Shown in pieces: positions 10,412 to 19,536 of a stretch of DNA of 64,000 nt; position 1 is the first letter of the stretch, and every line of letters starts with the position of its first letter. Origin of the DNA: Clostridiales bacterium. GTDB taxonomy: Bacteria; Bacillota; Clostridia; Monoglobales; WRBX01. A program made the translations under genes and the position numbers. The DNA is taken from NCBI GenBank assembly GCA_031261985.1, contig JAISIR010000011.1:19472-83471 (forward strand). The letters run 5' to 3'. The notes under the pieces were generated by a model. It did not search any database. It saw nothing but the letters and a program-made list of their open reading frames with translations, and was not told where the DNA came from.

Positions 10412-13400
10412 ATGAGTACGTTACAAAGTGTTAAAAGAAGACTGACATCTATAGTTACAACAGGTGCAATGATGCTATCTATGTTTGCGCCTTTAGGATA
10501 TGTAAATGCAGAAGGCAATAATACATTGCCTATTGATGCGCCATTGAGCGCGCAAGCGGTCTCGCTTACTACTACACCCAATGTGGAATTTAAATTAGTT
10601 CCATTAAAAGATGCAGATGGTAATATCGTGGAGACTTTGGACCCGACATTGAATAAGACATATATCGATAAAAACCATGCGCCAAAGAAGTCGGACGGAA
10701 CGCTAGACAACGTGGCGGCAGCGGCGGTAGAAGAGGGCGACGGAGTTGAGGCTAAGGCTGCAACTTATGACAACACAGGTGTGTATGACATTGAGGTATC
10801 GCTTAAAGATATCGATAATGTATTTGCTTTTCAGTTACCATTACAGTTTGACCCTAAAACTGTGCAGGTTGATAGCGTTACGCTAAGCGATAAGTTCGCA
10901 GCAGGCGGTTGGGAGTTATTGCCATACTCTGAGGGCGAATTTGCGCCTTATGTGTTAAGCGGTGCTTCTGATAGTGTAATTGACCTTGGCACAATAGATG
11001 ATGCCGTTCAATCGGACATCAATGCAGACGGTAAAATGGTATTTAGTGTTGTGTGGAGTGGTGCGGATGATGCGAACCTTGACGATGACCCTAAAAATGC
11101 TGATATAGGCAATAATGAGGGCGCAGGCGAGAAGTTCTTTACCGTTAGGATTACATCTAACTTTACCGATTCTATGACAACGGAAGAAAGTTTGATTGAA
11201 GCGGCAGAAGATAAGGCTGATAAAGATGGCACGGATTTTGCAACTGCAAAAGACGCACTAGCGCTACTTGCTAGCACTTATGCAGAGAAACGTAATGATT
11301 ATTATACCGAGTTGGATAAAGGCGTTCTTGCTGATTTTGAAACACTAAAAACAAATTATGGCTTGTTTGTAACTGCAAGTAAGGCTTTAGATGCAGCTCG
11401 AATTGCTAATGGTTACTATCCTACAACTTTTGCAGGGCGTAACATGTATGCTCAAGAGGATGCGAACTCTATATTTGCAAAGGCGGATATAATTTCTGAC
11501 GATGGCACTATGGTTTCGTACACTAATCTATCTTATAATTTTGAAGTAGAGGGTAGTGACACTGTTAAGCCAATGCAAGTAGTTGAGTATAACGCAGGGA
11601 TATCTATTGATACTTTAGGTGAGGCAACTCTTGCTGATACTACAGAATATGGTATTGACCAAGAGGCTTACGATTTATTAATTACAAAAGGAAAGCAATT
11701 AAATAAAACATACATAACTACTAAAGTTGGCGATATTAATGATGACGGTGAGACTATAGATGAGGCTGGTTATGAACAAATTTTAGATTGGTATGTTGCG
11801 GTTCCAGAGAAAGTTGCCGACGATGATGATTTAGACTATAATTATAGGAGTTTGTTGTTTTATGACGACGGGATGTATTTATCCGAAGATTCGGATTTTG
11901 CAAAGGAATATGGTACGATAGCGTTGGAAACGTCAGGTACAAGTGCAATTTGGGAGTACACTCCTGGCACACACCAAGGGCAGATAGTGCTTGTAGCGGT
12001 TGCTAAAGGTAAACATAATACCCCAAAATCTAACTATGAAGTGCAACAAGCCATTACGCTTTATGGTGTAGGGTATTCGGTTTCTACATCTGTTGGTGAG
12101 CTAGCATTGCCAACGAGTGAAATAGGCATAAGAGATGTAGACGGTGTTCGCACAGGTATAATTGCCACAAGTATGTTGCAAGAGTCTGACGATTTAATAA
12201 TTTCTACAATTGGCGGAGCTGTGGCAGGCGACCAAACAGTTGAAACGGTTGACAAAACTAAATATGTTTCGGCTGGTGATTCTATCCCTGGTGCAACGGA
12301 CGACCAAGCGGGTGTTGCAGGTGATGATAACGAAGCGTTTGTAAGTGATGAGGGGCCTAAAACTACATATACATTAATCAAAAAAGGCGACGGTGGCACT
12401 TGGACGACAGAGACGGATGCAAAAACAATAGTGACAGACTCTGAAGGTGATTTTGGCAGGGGGATATCGCTAAAAAGTTTATTGACAACTAATAAAGGTG
12501 CGTTCTTGGCGTCAGACGGGACAACTCCTTCGACTGGTGTATATAAGCTAATTGTAACATCGGACGCGGGAAATGCAAATGGTTACTTAACCGAGCTTAG
12601 TGGCGTTAGAACAGGCATGGGCGTAGATGATGATACATGGACATACACCGTTTACTTTGAGTTAAAAGAAGAAGGTTCTATCCGTGGGCGCGTTATGTTA
12701 GAAGGTTATGATGGCAGAGGGCTCGAGCTTGGTTCACTTGAAGCAGAAGGCGCATTCCGCAAAGATGTGAATGTCAAGTTAGTAAGGGTTCCAGAGTCTC
12801 AAAGAGAGATGTTTGAATCGGGCGAAGTTTCGGACGACCCTTATATTGGTTATGATTACACAAAAGATAACGAAGAAATTGATATAATATCTAGTGTTAA
12901 AACAGATTCGACAGGATACTTTACAGTGTTCACACGCAATAATAATGATAAAGTAGATTATACTGATGGGAATCATTATTACTTATTGTTCGAGGCACGC
13001 AATTTAAATTATGTTTATAGCGGAGCGACGGGTAGCGAGCATGATGGAAATCGCATGTATTTGAGGAAGAAAATTAAACTTACTAATACAATAGGTGATT
13101 CGGACAATGATACGCAAATAGATAAAAACGTATTTATTGGTAATCTTGGGCAAACAGATGTAAACGATATTATTCTTTATGCTGGCGCGTTTACAGACGG
13201 TGAGGCAATTACAACCGAGAGCGATTATGCTAGAATAAGAGCTGTTGTAGGTAAGGCGGTTGAGCTTGAGGGTGACCAAGGCGCGAAGACATTGCCAGCA
13301 GCATACACTTATGATGATAAAGATATCAACTTAGATGCAAAAGTTGCTCCTGATGATTTAGCTAAGGTTAAAAAGAATGTTAACGAGAGGTCTTATGTGG

Positions 13401-13483
13401 CTGGCACCGCTGATGAGTATAACTTTAGTATGCTAGTTGAAGAACTTGCTCCAGTTGTTCCTGAAGATCCTGTAATAGACTAA
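10412..13483 (+). CDS. Giant secreted surface protein (1023 aa) with a signal peptide, an N-proximal cohesin-like module, and a C-terminal beta-sandwich plus dockerin-like tail
   Basis: ATG with an AAAGGA SD. Signal peptide MSTLQSVKRRLTSIVTTGAMMLSMFAPLGYVNA|E. No terminator is visible between gene 2 and this gene, so they may be co-transcribed. Confidence 0.92.
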   Translation: MSTLQSVKRRLTSIVTTGAMMLSMFAPLGYVNAEGNNTLPIDAPLSAQAVSLTTTPNVEFKLVPLKDADGNIVETLDPTLNKTYIDKNHAPKKSDGTLDNVAAAAVEEGDGVEAKAATYDNTGVYDIEVSLKDIDNVFAFQLPLQFDPKTVQVDSVTLSDKFAAGGWELLPYSEGEFAPYVLSGASDSVIDLGTIDDAVQSDINADGKMVFSVVWSGADDANLDDDPKNADIGNNEGAGEKFFTVRITSNFTDSMTTEESLIEAAEDKADKDGTDFATAKDALALLASTYAEKRNDYYTELDKGVLADFETLKTNYGLFVTASKALDAARIANGYYPTTFAGRNMYAQEDANSIFAKADIISDDGTMVSYTNLSYNFEVEGSDTVKPMQVVEYNAGISIDTLGEATLADTTEYGIDQEAYDLLITKGKQLNKTYITTKVGDINDDGETIDEAGYEQILDWYVAVPEKVADDDDLDYNYRSLLFYDDGMYLSEDSDFAKEYGTIALETSGTSAIWEYTPGTHQGQIVLVAVAKGKHNTPKSNYEVQQAITLYGVGYSVSTSVGELALPTSEIGIRDVDGVRTGIIATSMLQESDDLIISTIGGAVAGDQTVETVDKTKYVSAGDSIPGATDDQAGVAGDDNEAFVSDEGPKTTYTLIKKGDGGTWTTETDAKTIVTDSEGDFGRGISLKSLLTTNKGAFLASDGTTPSTGVYKLIVTSDAGNANGYLTELSGVRTGMGVDDDTWTYTVYFELKEEGSIRGRVMLEGYDGRGLELGSLEAEGAFRKDVNVKLVRVPESQREMFESGEVSDDPYIGYDYTKDNEEIDIISSVKTDSTGYFTVFTRNNNDKVDYTDGNHYYLLFEARNLNYVYSGATGSEHDGNRMYLRKKIKLTNTIGDSDNDTQIDKNVFIGNLGQTDVNDIILYAGAFTDGEAITTESDYARIRAVVGKAVELEGDQGAKTLPAAYTYDDKDINLDAKVAPDDLAKVKKNVNERSYVAGTADEYNFSMLVEELAPVVPEDPVID
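10760..11170 (+). other. Cohesin-like module in giant protein 3
   Basis: GVYDIEVSLKDIDNVFAFQLPLQFDPKTVQVDSVTLSDKF ... EKFFTVRITSNF. This is the best match of the four to the classical cohesin pattern. Confidence 0.55.
13176..13387 (+). other. Dockerin-like tail of giant protein 3
   Basis: LYAGAFTDGEAITTESDYARIRAVVG ... DINLDAKVAPDDLAKVKKNVNE. Confidence 0.4.
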
Positions 13484-13503
13484 ATAATTTTAAGTGATAA
13501 TAC

Positions 13504-13537
13504 AAAAAGCGAGGTGCGCGAAACGCCTCGTTTTTTT
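13504..13537 (+). terminator. Rho-independent terminator after giant gene 3
   Basis: The stem cgaggtg/cgcctcg is extended by A-run/T-run pairing and followed by seven T residues (13531-13537). Confidence 0.8.
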
Positions 13538-13820
13538 GTACATTTTTTTAGTGTGAAAGGCGAGTTTTCCTCTATATTATGTAATGACGAGAAATATCAC
13601 AGACAAAATATTATGCAATGTTACAGAATCTTTACATTTTATGTATTTTTATGTTGCAATTTGCAATTTACTATAGACGAATGTGATAAGCATTTAGTAT
13701 AATAAGAATGTGGCGGTGTATCTATTTTTAAATGCTGCCCGAATATAGGAAATGCAAAAAAAGTGAGTTGTAAACAGGGAAAAAAGATAATTAGTTAATG
13801 ATTAATAAGAGGTGTTTGGT

Positions 13821-16800
13821 ATGAATCCATTAAAAAATGTTTTAGCTGTTAGGGCGATATCTTTTGTACTAACATTAGGGGTAGTAATAAGCAGTTTTAC
13901 GCCTGTTACCCTTGTTAGTGCTGCGCAAGATTCATCTGCTAACCCAGAGGCTGCACCAGTTGTGGCGGCTGAAACTGGGGCGGCGGCAGCTGTTGACCCT
14001 GTAATCGCTGAGTATGAATCTTATGCTACTTATGACCCAGATTTAAACGCAGCAGAGAAGAATCAAATTTTAGTGGATGCGTATGCCGTTGATGGTAAGA
14101 CGCTTAACATGGCAGACGGGACTACTTATGCAGATAAAACTCCGTTGGCGGGCATGCAAAACATAGGTGTAGGCAGTATTGTTCGTGTAACGGTTGCGTT
14201 AAAAGATGTAGAGCGTTTAGGCGGGGCGAATTTGCCGCTATCGTATAATAACTCGGTGGCTACAGTTGTAGAAAAAGATACTTGGTTAGAGGCGCCTAAT
14301 AATATTTCTATGGAAAAAAATGGTGGCGCTTCGTTACTTAATAAATATATTTTTAAGGGTACGCTTTTAGGTGCAAGTGATGATAAAAGCTATGGATATG
14401 ATTTGCCGACAGGCGAGCCGGCACGTCCGTTTAATGAGTCTAACCTTCCAGAGATTACTAATAATGACGCAGATTTAGCTAGCTCTAATTGGGGTAAGGT
14501 ATCGCTAAGTGTAGAGGGGCGCAACGGCGCGACTACTTATTTTGGCGATGGTCCCTTAGATGGCGATGTAGTTGGTACGCAAAGTGTGTACTCGGTTTAT
14601 TTTAAGATAATTAGTGAGGGCGAGCCTAGCTTTAAACTTTTACAGCGGAGTGATTCGGTTACTCCCGACCAATTAACATGGCTTAGAACCTCTAATATAG
14701 ATGGTACAGGGAACAGAGTATTATCGGAGCGTGTGCCTGTGTATATCTCGCACGAGACAGCGACATTAAAGGTTAATAACAGCACGGTTTCGTATAATCC
14801 AGAGGAGTATAAAGTAGTTTCTAAAACAGATGCAGAAGATGCAAAGGAGACAAATGAGAACGTAATAGTGGGCGATAAATATGGACTGATTCCGCGTGCC
14901 GATTTAGAAGGGTTAGACGGGCTTAGTGTATATAGAATCAATCGCGCAAAATGGTTTTGCCCTGATTGGGATGGCGACCCTCAACCATCTAACTTTTTAA
15001 GTAGTGCAAGTTTTGGTGGGGTGTTGCTTCCTAGATTAAAGGCTAGTTATAAACCAACAGTTATGGATTTGCCGACGGTTATAAGCCGAGATAATGGCGA
15101 AACACACGATTTATATATAAGTGAGTTGCCCGAGACCGAGGAAAGTCCTGGTGTATACTCTGCTGATGTAGAGCCGATATTATATACCCCCAACGGAACT
15201 AGGCTTACGCTAGCTGATATTGCTGGTGAAACGTTTGGGCGCAACAGTAATGGTAGTTGGTATATACAAAATATCCCGGATAGCATATTCGCGCAGGACG
15301 AGCTACAACAGCTTAGTGTTGCGTTTAAAACCCCAGATGATGTGCTTAATACATACTCTGAGACAGATAAAGTTAAGGCAGAGGAGTTTTTTGCAGATGG
15401 CACTATGAGCGCGTATGTATCGCAAGATGAACCTTTTGGGACTAAAGTTGTTAATGTAGATGGTGATTCACTTGTTAGTGCTAAAGATAAGATTGCGTAT
15501 TTGAATATTCAAGCAGGGGCGTGGTTAGCTAACCGTGTAAAGATGTTATCATTTGATATAAATTATGATAGTGCGATAAGACATAATTATATGCTTGCCG
15601 AGAAATTAGGCGATGCGATAGAAGCTAGAGCTGATTATGAATTAGGAAGCAATTCTCTCAAATTTTCTGTCTATGGTATTAACATAGACGAAGTAAAGAC
15701 TAAGTATGATGTGATATCGATACCTTTTAATATTGATAAGACAAATGCAGACCCGATATTTACACTTTCGGGCGGTGAATTTTGCTCGAGCCCTACAATT
15801 GAGGATGTACTTATGGCGGGCGATATTACTTTTGGTGATGTAGATTTTGTCATTAAAAATGGTGAGGCTAAGGGTAGCGATGAGATATTTGTAATAGAGG
15901 AGCCTGCATCTAGAGAAGTGATAATCGGCGATGTTCCTGCAGGGAGTAAGGCGACTATTACTTTAAAAGAGACGGAAAGCGTTGCGGAAAAAGAGGTTGA
16001 AGTGTACTTTGTAGGCACGCAAGATGAGGCATTGACGCCTTCGACTGATGAAAAAATTTATGTGTATCAGCCAGGTGGATTAATTTATGTATATAAACTT
16101 CCTGATGGCTATGATTTTGTTAAAGTAGAGGTTGTAACACTTGAAACCGATGGCGATGGTAAGATAGAGCAGCCAGAGAAAGAGATTAGTGACCCGACGG
16201 TAATAGAGAATAAAAAAGAGGCGGTTATCACTTTAACAGAGGTGAATAGCATCCCCGATATAGTTGGGTTGACAAGCGGTGTTGACGCTGATGAACTACT
16301 TGAGATGTTGCCTAAAGAAGTAGGGGCGAAGATAGAGATAGCGACTGACGACGAAAAGCTTATGCGTGATGTTAAAATTAAGGTGGCGTCAGTTATAAAA
16401 AGTGGGTTGGGTAAAGAATCGGGCTGGTATGGAACAGTTGGGACTTTACCGATAGGTGCGTATGATTATGTTGGTGTGTTGGCACTTGATAGTCAAGTAG
16501 GGAACCCTAATAATCTAGTGGCAAATGTAAGGGTTAAGGTAGAAAAGACTAATCCTGACGATTTAACCGTGATACAAGATGAGAATGGTGGCGAGGCGGT
16601 AATTGGCGGCACCAGCGATGATGAGCCTACTGATTTAGAAGTGATAGTTACAGATGGGACGGACGAGCCTAAGATAAAGGTGCATGTTGTTCCGATTGGT
16701 AGGGGCGATAATGGCGAGAGGTTTAGTGTTGAGAAGCAAGGCGATAAAGTTGTTAGGATTCCTGTTGATATAGATAAAGATGGTAACTCTGATTTTTCAC

Positions 16801-19391
16801 TTTTCGATTCAAACGGTGACGGAAAAGTGGATGACGTTATCGCGCCTTATGGTGAAAAGATATCTGAAGTTTTATTCTTTGATAGTAATGATGATGCAAA
16901 GAGCGACCAGATATTAGTAGATATTGATGGTGATGCTATTTATGATTATATCTTTATAGATGAAAATGCAGATTTAACGCCAGAAATCATCATTAAAGAT
17001 GATGGTGATGACACGACGGCCTTAATAGGTAAGGATGTCGATGCTGACGGAGTAATAGATGAGACTGATAGCATGCTTATAGAGGGCGCAGGCGGTGATG
17101 GCTTAAATGCGGATATCCCTAAAGAAATTTGGGTAGTCAAATATGGTGATGAGGACCCTGTTATAGATATCCCTGATGGATTTGTTGTTATTGATGTTGG
17201 TGTGATTGTAGAAGACCCAGAGAATCCTGGTGAGGAGATTGTAATTAAGCCAGACCCTCCAGCTGGTGAAGAGCCAGGCGATAATGTTGGTTTGGGGCAG
17301 ATGATTATAGATACTGTCTACCCAATTGCAGACATAAGTGGTATTTATAAGGGGACTACTCTAATTGACCTTCCTTTGCCTAATAGTGTTATGGTTAAAG
17401 TTGCTATTAAAAAGCGCGATTCTCTAATATATAGAAATTATAACATCGACATACTAGAGAATGGCTGGAGTGGAGAGCATGAGAGCGAGTATCCTTTGCC
17501 GCTGGGGACGTATACCTTTAAAGGTGCTTTAAAACTACAGGATAAATATTATAACCCAGATAATGTGTTAGCAAGTGTCAATGTAAATGTAGACTTGGTA
17601 AAAGATGAAGACCATACCGTTATACAAGACGTAGGCTCGAGTGCTATAGTATTAGACAATATTGTAGCGGACTTGAATGTTGAGCTAACGTTGACGGGTA
17701 TTAAAAACATGCAGAGCTACACGCGAAAAGCGACCATTCATTTTGTAGATGATGCGAATGACCTTGAAGCTATGCAGACGGTCGACACAGATGGCGATGG
17801 AATTGATGATATCGAGATATGGGAGCTTGTGCCAGAGAATAATGTGTATACTTACGACCCTACAGATTATCCGCCAGGGGTTGCCGAAACTTTAATTAGC
17901 GCGCGTATGTGGAAGACTAAAAAAGACAGTGTAGGCGAGGATTATGTTACACCACCAATTGAGATAGAAGTAGGGCGAGGCGCGATTTTTGTCAGCAAGA
18001 TTCCGGCTATTAACATCAGCGTAGTGGAGGGGACGAAGGTAAGGGATGTTAATAGAGCTCTTCCTAGTTCGATTGCTGCGACGGTTTCGATTTTAAAGAA
18101 TAATGTTAAGACGGAAGCAGAGCGAGCATTTAATGCTAATGCGTGGGTATGGCAAAATAATGCGTTAAACTTAAATGACACTACAGAGCTAGAGCCAGGG
18201 CAATATATAATAAATGGTGCTTTAGATTTGACTGATACGCTGGTAACTAATCCGCAGAATTTAAAGGTTATTGCAAACATCAATGTATCTGAAAAAGCCG
18301 AGCAGCCAGGTGAAATACCGACTGATGATATAAGTAAATTACGTCAGGGTAGGGTATATGTAACACTAGCTGCTAAGACCCATGATACGATTACTCTAAA
18401 CCCAGCGGAGGGCGGAACTGAAGGAGCAGGCGAGTTTGTATATGGTATTTCGACCCAAGAAGGCGTTCTTCCCGCAACATGGCAGAGCGGGACAGGGTTT
18501 ACAGGCTTGCAAGCTAGCACCACTTATTACCTTTATGCAAAGCGTTTAGGGAACGAAACATACAAGGAATCTTCACCTTCTAGCCAATTGGCGGTTACAA
18601 CTAATGTTCAGCCTGGTGGCGGCGGTGGCGGTGGTGGCGGCGGTGCTAGCCCTAGCCCAGATGTTTCGCCTAAGCCTACACCTACTTCATCTAGTAGTGG
18701 AGGCGGCGAACCTAGCCCAATTCCTAGCGTGAAGCCAATTGAAAACCCAGACCCTGATGATAAGTTGCCTTATTTAACTTGGTATGAACATAATAGTTAT
18801 GTATCTGGGCGTGATGATGGTTCGTTTGACCCACAAGGTGCTATAAAGCGCGAGGAAATGTCGGCTATGTTATTTAGGTTATTAACTGCTCATAGTGTAG
18901 CCAAGTTTGATACTAAGTTAACAAAATTTAAAGATTCTCAAAGGCGTTGGAGTGAGGAATCTATTGCTACAATGCAAACGGCTGGCATAGTTAAAGGGTA
19001 CGAAGACGGAACCTTTATGCCAGATAGGGCTATAACTCGTGCCGAGTTCGCTACTATGTTGACTCGTTTAGGTAATAGTACTCAAGCGGTAAATGGTAAA
19101 ACTATTTTAAGTGATATGGAAGGACATTGGGCTATAGATAGTATGAGCTATGTAATTCAGCGTGGTTGGATGTCTGGCTATGACGATGGTACCTTTAGGC
19201 CGAATAGTCCTGTTAATAGGGCAGAGGTTGTTGTTACTTTGAACAGGTTAATGCACAGGAATATGTCGCCTGAGTTTATTGATGCTTTGCCTGAATTGCC
19301 TACATTTAGTGACGTGCCAAAGGGGCATTGGGCTTACTATTATGTAATGTCAGCTGCGACGACGGTGTGCCTTAAGAATATTAGTTTATAG
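13821..19391 (+). CDS. SLH-anchored giant surface protein (about 1857 aa): signal peptide, cohesin-like module, Ig-like repeats, Asp-rich Ca-loop cluster, poly-Gly/PT linker and three SLH repeats. Candidate anchoring scaffoldin.
   Basis: The ATG at 13821 is preferred over the GTG at 13812 because the SD AAGAGGTG ends 6 nt upstream of it. Signal peptide MNPLKNVLAVRAISFVLTLGVVISSFTPVTLVSA|A. The C-terminus carries SLH signatures. Confidence 0.93.
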   Translation: MNPLKNVLAVRAISFVLTLGVVISSFTPVTLVSAAQDSSANPEAAPVVAAETGAAAAVDPVIAEYESYATYDPDLNAAEKNQILVDAYAVDGKTLNMADGTTYADKTPLAGMQNIGVGSIVRVTVALKDVERLGGANLPLSYNNSVATVVEKDTWLEAPNNISMEKNGGASLLNKYIFKGTLLGASDDKSYGYDLPTGEPARPFNESNLPEITNNDADLASSNWGKVSLSVEGRNGATTYFGDGPLDGDVVGTQSVYSVYFKIISEGEPSFKLLQRSDSVTPDQLTWLRTSNIDGTGNRVLSERVPVYISHETATLKVNNSTVSYNPEEYKVVSKTDAEDAKETNENVIVGDKYGLIPRADLEGLDGLSVYRINRAKWFCPDWDGDPQPSNFLSSASFGGVLLPRLKASYKPTVMDLPTVISRDNGETHDLYISELPETEESPGVYSADVEPILYTPNGTRLTLADIAGETFGRNSNGSWYIQNIPDSIFAQDELQQLSVAFKTPDDVLNTYSETDKVKAEEFFADGTMSAYVSQDEPFGTKVVNVDGDSLVSAKDKIAYLNIQAGAWLANRVKMLSFDINYDSAIRHNYMLAEKLGDAIEARADYELGSNSLKFSVYGINIDEVKTKYDVISIPFNIDKTNADPIFTLSGGEFCSSPTIEDVLMAGDITFGDVDFVIKNGEAKGSDEIFVIEEPASREVIIGDVPAGSKATITLKETESVAEKEVEVYFVGTQDEALTPSTDEKIYVYQPGGLIYVYKLPDGYDFVKVEVVTLETDGDGKIEQPEKEISDPTVIENKKEAVITLTEVNSIPDIVGLTSGVDADELLEMLPKEVGAKIEIATDDEKLMRDVKIKVASVIKSGLGKESGWYGTVGTLPIGAYDYVGVLALDSQVGNPNNLVANVRVKVEKTNPDDLTVIQDENGGEAVIGGTSDDEPTDLEVIVTDGTDEPKIKVHVVPIGRGDNGERFSVEKQGDKVVRIPVDIDKDGNSDFSLFDSNGDGKVDDVIAPYGEKISEVLFFDSNDDAKSDQILVDIDGDAIYDYIFIDENADLTPEIIIKDDGDDTTALIGKDVDADGVIDETDSMLIEGAGGDGLNADIPKEIWVVKYGDEDPVIDIPDGFVVIDVGVIVEDPENPGEEIVIKPDPPAGEEPGDNVGLGQMIIDTVYPIADISGIYKGTTLIDLPLPNSVMVKVAIKKRDSLIYRNYNIDILENGWSGEHESEYPLPLGTYTFKGALKLQDKYYNPDNVLASVNVNVDLVKDEDHTVIQDVGSSAIVLDNIVADLNVELTLTGIKNMQSYTRKATIHFVDDANDLEAMQTVDTDGDGIDDIEIWELVPENNVYTYDPTDYPPGVAETLISARMWKTKKDSVGEDYVTPPIEIEVGRGAIFVSKIPAINISVVEGTKVRDVNRALPSSIAATVSILKNNVKTEAERAFNANAWVWQNNALNLNDTTELEPGQYIINGALDLTDTLVTNPQNLKVIANINVSEKAEQPGEIPTDDISKLRQGRVYVTLAAKTHDTITLNPAEGGTEGAGEFVYGISTQEGVLPATWQSGTGFTGLQASTTYYLYAKRLGNETYKESSPSSQLAVTTNVQPGGGGGGGGGGASPSPDVSPKPTPTSSSSGGGEPSPIPSVKPIENPDPDDKLPYLTWYEHNSYVSGRDDGSFDPQGAIKREEMSAMLFRLLTAHSVAKFDTKLTKFKDSQRRWSEESIATMQTAGIVKGYEDGTFMPDRAITRAEFATMLTRLGNSTQAVNGKTILSDMEGHWAIDSMSYVIQRGWMSGYDDGTFRPNSPVNRAEVVVTLNRLMHRNMSPEFIDALPELPTFSDVPKGHWAYYYVMSAATTVCLKNISL
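14140..14640 (+). other. Cohesin-like module in the SLH protein
   Basis: GVGSIVRVTVALKDVERLGGANLPLSYNNSVATVVEKD ... SVYSVYFKIISEGEPSF. Confidence 0.45.
16768..17070 (+). other. Cluster of Asp-rich calcium-binding-type loops
   Basis: DIDKDGNSDFSLFDSNGDGKVDDV ... FFDSNDDAKSDQILVDIDGDAIYDY ... KDVDADGVIDETD. These are repeated DxDxDG / DxNxDG loops. Confidence 0.5.
18766..19370 (+). other. Three S-layer homology (SLH) repeats
   Basis: ...GRDDGSFDPQGAIKREEMSAMLFRLL; FKDSQRRWSEESIATMQTAGIVKGYEDGTFMPDRAITRAEFATMLTRL; LSDMEGHWAIDSMSYVIQRGWMSGYDDGTFRPNSPVNRAEVVVTLNRL; trailing FSDVPKGHWAYYYV. They are preceded by G11 and a P/T/S linker (18606-18760). Confidence 0.85.
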
Positions 19392-19405
19392 TATATAAGC
19401 GATTT

Positions 19406-19440
19406 AAAAACCCCAATCTAAAAGGTTGGGGTTTTTGTTT
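19406..19440 (+). terminator. Rho-independent terminator after the SLH protein gene
   Basis: aaaaaccccaa / ttggggttttt hairpin followed by a T-run. Confidence 0.85.
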
Positions 19441-19504
19441 TAATGCAGAATTTAATCATGCAAAATTGCGCTTTATGTAATTTTTATAAAACAAAGGGGA
19501 GCTC

Positions 19505-19536
19505 GTCATTGCGGGCTTGACCCGCAATCTATACGC
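19505..19536 (+). repeat. Hairpin repeat family C, copy 1 (gtcattGCGGGcttgaCCCGCaatctatacgc)
   Basis: Two more copies, a variant and an inverted one, lie at 24332-24363 and 24397-24429. Confidence 0.8.

Noticed and set aside
13514-13702. A 62-aa ORF in the gap between giant genes 3 and 4.
   Set aside because: It starts inside the terminator hairpin and runs through AT-rich promoter-like DNA. It has no SD, and its Cys/Phe-rich composition is odd. The region is better explained as regulatory.
18606-18650. A run of eleven consecutive glycine codons, considered as a slipped-strand phase-variation tract.
   Set aside because: The codons alternate between GGT and GGC, so there is no perfect homopolymer or short tandem repeat longer than about 9 nt. 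Any slippage would be in-frame. This is simply a flexible linker before the SLH domains.
116-19391. About 30 short antisense or alternative-frame ORFs (60-137 aa) inside the four giant genes. Examples are 116..334, 346..663, 4024..4299, 7464..7739, 10297..10710, 12061..12399, 14597..14941, 15047..15403, 15671..16018 and 17942..18283.
   Set aside because: All lie fully within, or across the starts of, long uninterrupted sense ORFs. They have Ser/Thr/Leu/Ile-rich shadow-frame composition, no SD sequences and no recognisable motifs. They are typical by-products of long ORFs.
1-19391. The giant-protein locus, considered as a true (cellulolytic) cellulosome.
   Set aside because: I found no glycoside hydrolase catalytic motifs, carbohydrate-binding modules or multi-cohesin scaffoldin. 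Only the cohesin/dockerin/SLH connectivity logic is shared.
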